Assembly: GCF_947568905.1 (NCBI RefSeq)
Contig: NC_079171.1
Span: forward strand, 64,914,001 to 64,978,000
Direction of reading: 5' to 3'
DNA from: Ostrea edulis
Taxonomy: Eukaryota
DNA: 64,000 bases
Part shown: positions 60,703-64,000 of the stretch, in pieces
Position numbering within the stretch: position 1 is the stretch's first letter
How the letters are laid out: each line of letters opens with the position of its first letter
The notes under the pieces: model-generated
Seen by the model: the letters and a program-made list of their open reading frames with translations, nothing else
Databases searched by the model: none
Told to the model about the DNA's origin: nothing
Position numbers and translations under genes: made by a program

Positions 60703-61899
60703 CAGGGATTTTCCACCCTGTTGTAGGGGGCCGAAATTCGGCCCCATTCCCAATGCAAAATAGTAGTATTTTTTCCCAATTTGTCTACAAAATTTCCCAA
60801 TTCAAGTCAAATAAAAAATTGTCTTGTTTTGCAATATTGTCATGGGGTAAGTGGAATGATTCAACATAATTCAGCTGAACTACCATCATAGTTCATTTTA
60901 TAAAACACTCCAGAAATATCGGCAACAGTTCGATAAATCCGAATTTCCCCCATTTTTTTTCTTTGATTAATACGTGCTATTTTGTTGCTTCACTTATTGT
61001 ACCCACTTCCTTAACCTATCTGAGAGTTATTAGGTAAATCTCATATATATTCAGAATGTATTTTCAGTGTACTTTGTGTGAAAATAATTGTTTTAATCTT
61101 TGAAGCAGCACACTTCGTTTGGAGAATCTAATCACCAGAAATTGTGATATTGTATGCTGCATTGTATAAAGCAGCATTAGTTCAAATTTAGCTTACCTTT
61201 ATCATTAATATTAACATATGTACATTTAGATATATATTTACTTTACAAAATCATTTTATTGGATATGAAAATATAACTTCCCAAGCCTAGTGCTTTTCCT
61301 ACTGATTGAACAAGTATATTGGCATAGATTATCACAGAGAGTTTCATGATGAACTAGATCATGATTTGAAAAATAATTTATATATGGTTAGGCTGTTTAT
61401 GTCAAATTTCAAAGCAATACAATATGTAGTTGAAACTCCATGATTAAATCTAAATTTAATTCAACTGTAATTGAAAAAAAATCCATCTAGTATTCAAAAG
61501 TATAAATACACAATATTATTAGCCATGAATTGCAAGTAAAATGGGGAAAATGCTGTCTATTTTCTCTTCCTGACATTTTTGAAGAACCATCTGAGAACTA
61601 GAAGCTATAGGGTCACTTGGAAATTTGAAAGCTGGTGTTCCGTCAGTCCATGCATCATTGAAAAATAGGTTTAAGTGTCATTTAACCCTGATTGCAATGA
61701 AAAACAGAATGTTATGATAAGAAAAACTTCTATGAATGAAGAGAAAATTTTCATCTTTTTATTGAAAAAAAAAGCATATTTTAAGAAATATGTTGTAAAA
61801 CTGTGAATTTCTAAAATTCCCAATTTGGACAAAATGGCGTTAAAATTCCCAATTCTAAAGGCCCAGGCCCCATTCCTAAAATGGTGTGGAAAATCCCTG
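60703..61899. mobile_element. CAG...CTG element with a 5-bp TSD, nested
   Basis: cagggattttcca / tggaaaatccctg; gggtg at 60698-60702 and 61900-61904. Confidence 0.82.
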
Positions 61900-62140
61900 G
61901 GGTGCATACACAGAACAACACAAAAGTGCAAAGCAAAACTAATTCTTATTTATAAAGTGGTGTGCTGATGAATAGTGATGTTATATACAAAAGCAGATAT
62001 ATGAATATATGATAGAGCTGAATATGATAAGGCTGGCACATATGTACATTTAAAAGCATATTTAATTAATGACAAAGAACTTGGCTAATGAAGAGATATA
62101 ATATAACAAACAAAATATACAGATATATGTAGACGATGTA

Positions 62141-62532
62141 CAGGGCTCGAAATTAACATATGCCCGTGTCTGTGACTTGTTAAAAGTATGGCGGACTGAC
62201 TGACATTTGTTTTAGTCAGTCCGATGGGACTGGTTAATTTTCTAAAGCATCATTTTGGAAAATATACTTATGAAATTTTATACACACATTTGGCATGCTT
62301 CGATCTGTAGATATCAGACAAATCTGATTCGTAAATATAAATCCCACATTTAAGTATTACAATATTGTCTGAGGCATATTGAGTTTAATTTCATTTTAAT
62401 AACATTAACGAAATATGTTTAATTATTTCTGGAAAACTCTGTTGGACTGGTAAAATTTTCTGTGGACTGGTTGAAATTATACCCCATCAGTCTGACTGGA
62501 CTGGTGACATAAAAAGTTAGCTTCAAGCCCTG
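62141..62532. mobile_element. CAG...CTG MITE with a 5-bp TSD, nested
   Basis: cagggctcgaa / ttcaagccctg; atgta at 62136-62140 and 62533-62537. Confidence 0.82.
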
Positions 62533-64000
62533 ATGTACAAAAAATTCTAGCAGCACTGACGTATGTGGGAGAACAATATTTAACGCACGAAAAAAAATTA
62601 ATCCTGACCAAAAAAAAAAAAAAGCCTACCTACCTACCCATCATCAAAGGGGTAGGGTAGGCAAACGCCCAACAAACAATTTTTTAATAGTGGCCTGATT
62701 ACAAAACGATTATCGATTATGATTTTAAACCGATCGACCATCACTACTGATTTGATGTGTAGAACTTGTGGATTTTCATGCAACAAATTTGAATCACTAC
62801 TGTGTTGGAAATGAGCATTTTCACCACTCAGATACCAGCAGAATATGGTTCGCCAGATCATTATTTACAGTTTATCTTTACATGCCGTCACATGTCGTCA
62901 CATGTAACATTTGTGTCAGTGCTTAGGGTGAAATCAACATCATAATTAATGACACAAATTAGCGATAAACATGATGAAAGCATATAAATTTTCATCATAG
63001 GGGAAAATGTTCTAATTCATGCAAGTTTACGAGGTTTCAAATTCTTATAATCTCAAAATTTGTTTTTAAAAGCAGTGAGAAGGGGAACAAATGGCAATGG
63101 GTGCTTATTATTTTTATTGGACAATAGGTCCTGTATTTAGATTTTTTCTACTGATCTGACCCTAGTTTTACTGTATGGTGACTTTCGCATAGACTGGGTC
63201 TGGTACCAATTCAATTGGGAATTTTATGTCGAAAAACTGAGCATTTTGGGAAAAGTACTTGGACAAAAAATAATGTAATGTATAAATATTCAAAGTAGGC
63301 CAACATAAGATGCCCGAGAGTTACATTAGCCAAGAATGAACTGAAAATTTCGATCTATTCTTTTTAAATGGGATATGTTGCACATGTTATTATATACCAC
63401 TATTATAGATAAATTATAGTTATTTGGCCTTTTATGTATGTACCTAAAAAAAATCGTAAGGGGGGGGAGGGGGGGGGGGGGTTAAGATATGTCGTGTGTT
63501 TACATTTCATAGAGGTAAGCAAACATATATTACACAGTGTATTTCCAAGATGTCGTAACAACACATGCAGATACCATTTTTATACTCCCGCATAAAAATG
63601 CGGGCATATTACAAGTGGAATACTGTCCCACTATTTTTGAAAGAGTTACAGCTCTTAAACTTTGATTTATTTAATGCAAAATACTGTGTTATTGCAACTT
63701 TGATGAAATCCTTTTGTGGATAATCCTTTTGTGGATTGTCTTTGCAAATACCTTGATTTTGCAACTCATAGAACATTTTGTATTGCTCCCAATTATTATC
63801 CTTGGATATGGATTTACTTGTTCAAATCCATGGGGCAATAATGTATGCAGGCATATCATGTACCGGTTTAGCGATGCGCTATTTTTAAAATGCTTGGGGT
63901 TTTTTTTTTATGGAAAAGGTACAAATTTTTGTCACAATCCTCTCGTTGAAATGTTCCGGATCCGCCCGTGTACAAGGGTAATCTTCCCATTGAAAATGTT

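Larger units (their letters stand above)
59919..62695. mobile_element. GGCC-TIR DNA transposon (PIF/Harbinger-like), 3-bp TGA TSD, with two nested MITEs
   Basis: ggccactattaaaaaattgtttgttgggcgtt / aacgcccaacaaacaattttttaatagtggcc; TGA at 59916-59918 and 62696-62698. The termini resemble the 33877 units. Confidence 0.85.

Overview
AT-rich, intron- and repeat-rich animal genomic DNA; the gene and repeat families suggest a bivalve such as an oyster (inference). Four spliced genes can be rebuilt by hand with phase-consistent GT-AG junctions. (1) A small B-box + single-filamin-repeat gene on the minus strand (4846-5987, plus an upstream exon ending at 6179). (2) A RING/B-box/B-box/coiled-coil/NHL TRIM E3 ligase on the minus strand (10547-16720, 2 exons). 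(3) An ENTREP/FAM189-like four-transmembrane protein with a very long PPxY-containing tail on the minus strand (24762-48884, 6 exons, about 900 aa). (4) A secreted C1q-domain gene on the plus strand (31956-38434, 3 exons), nested in an intron of gene 3. The most striking structure is a nested stack in C1q intron 2. A 3.8-kb apparent composite DNA transposon consists of two GGCC-ended units around a 463-bp cargo, with one outer TTA target duplication. Each unit carries a miniature LTR retroelement whose LTRs contain a tRNA-Thr(AGT)-derived sequence (tRNA-His-type primer-binding site, polypurine tract, CTTG duplication). One unit also holds an intact-looking type I hammerhead ribozyme. A second hammerhead family occurs as an inverted pair in the TRIM intron. 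The rest is minisatellites (several amplified from parts of Penelope-like or SINE elements), MITEs with clean target-site duplications (TSDs), LINE/SINE remnants and a 392-N gap. The long ORFs in the supplied track over tandem arrays are repeat artefacts. There is no CRISPR array and no rRNA gene. All calls are by eye; no database searches were run.
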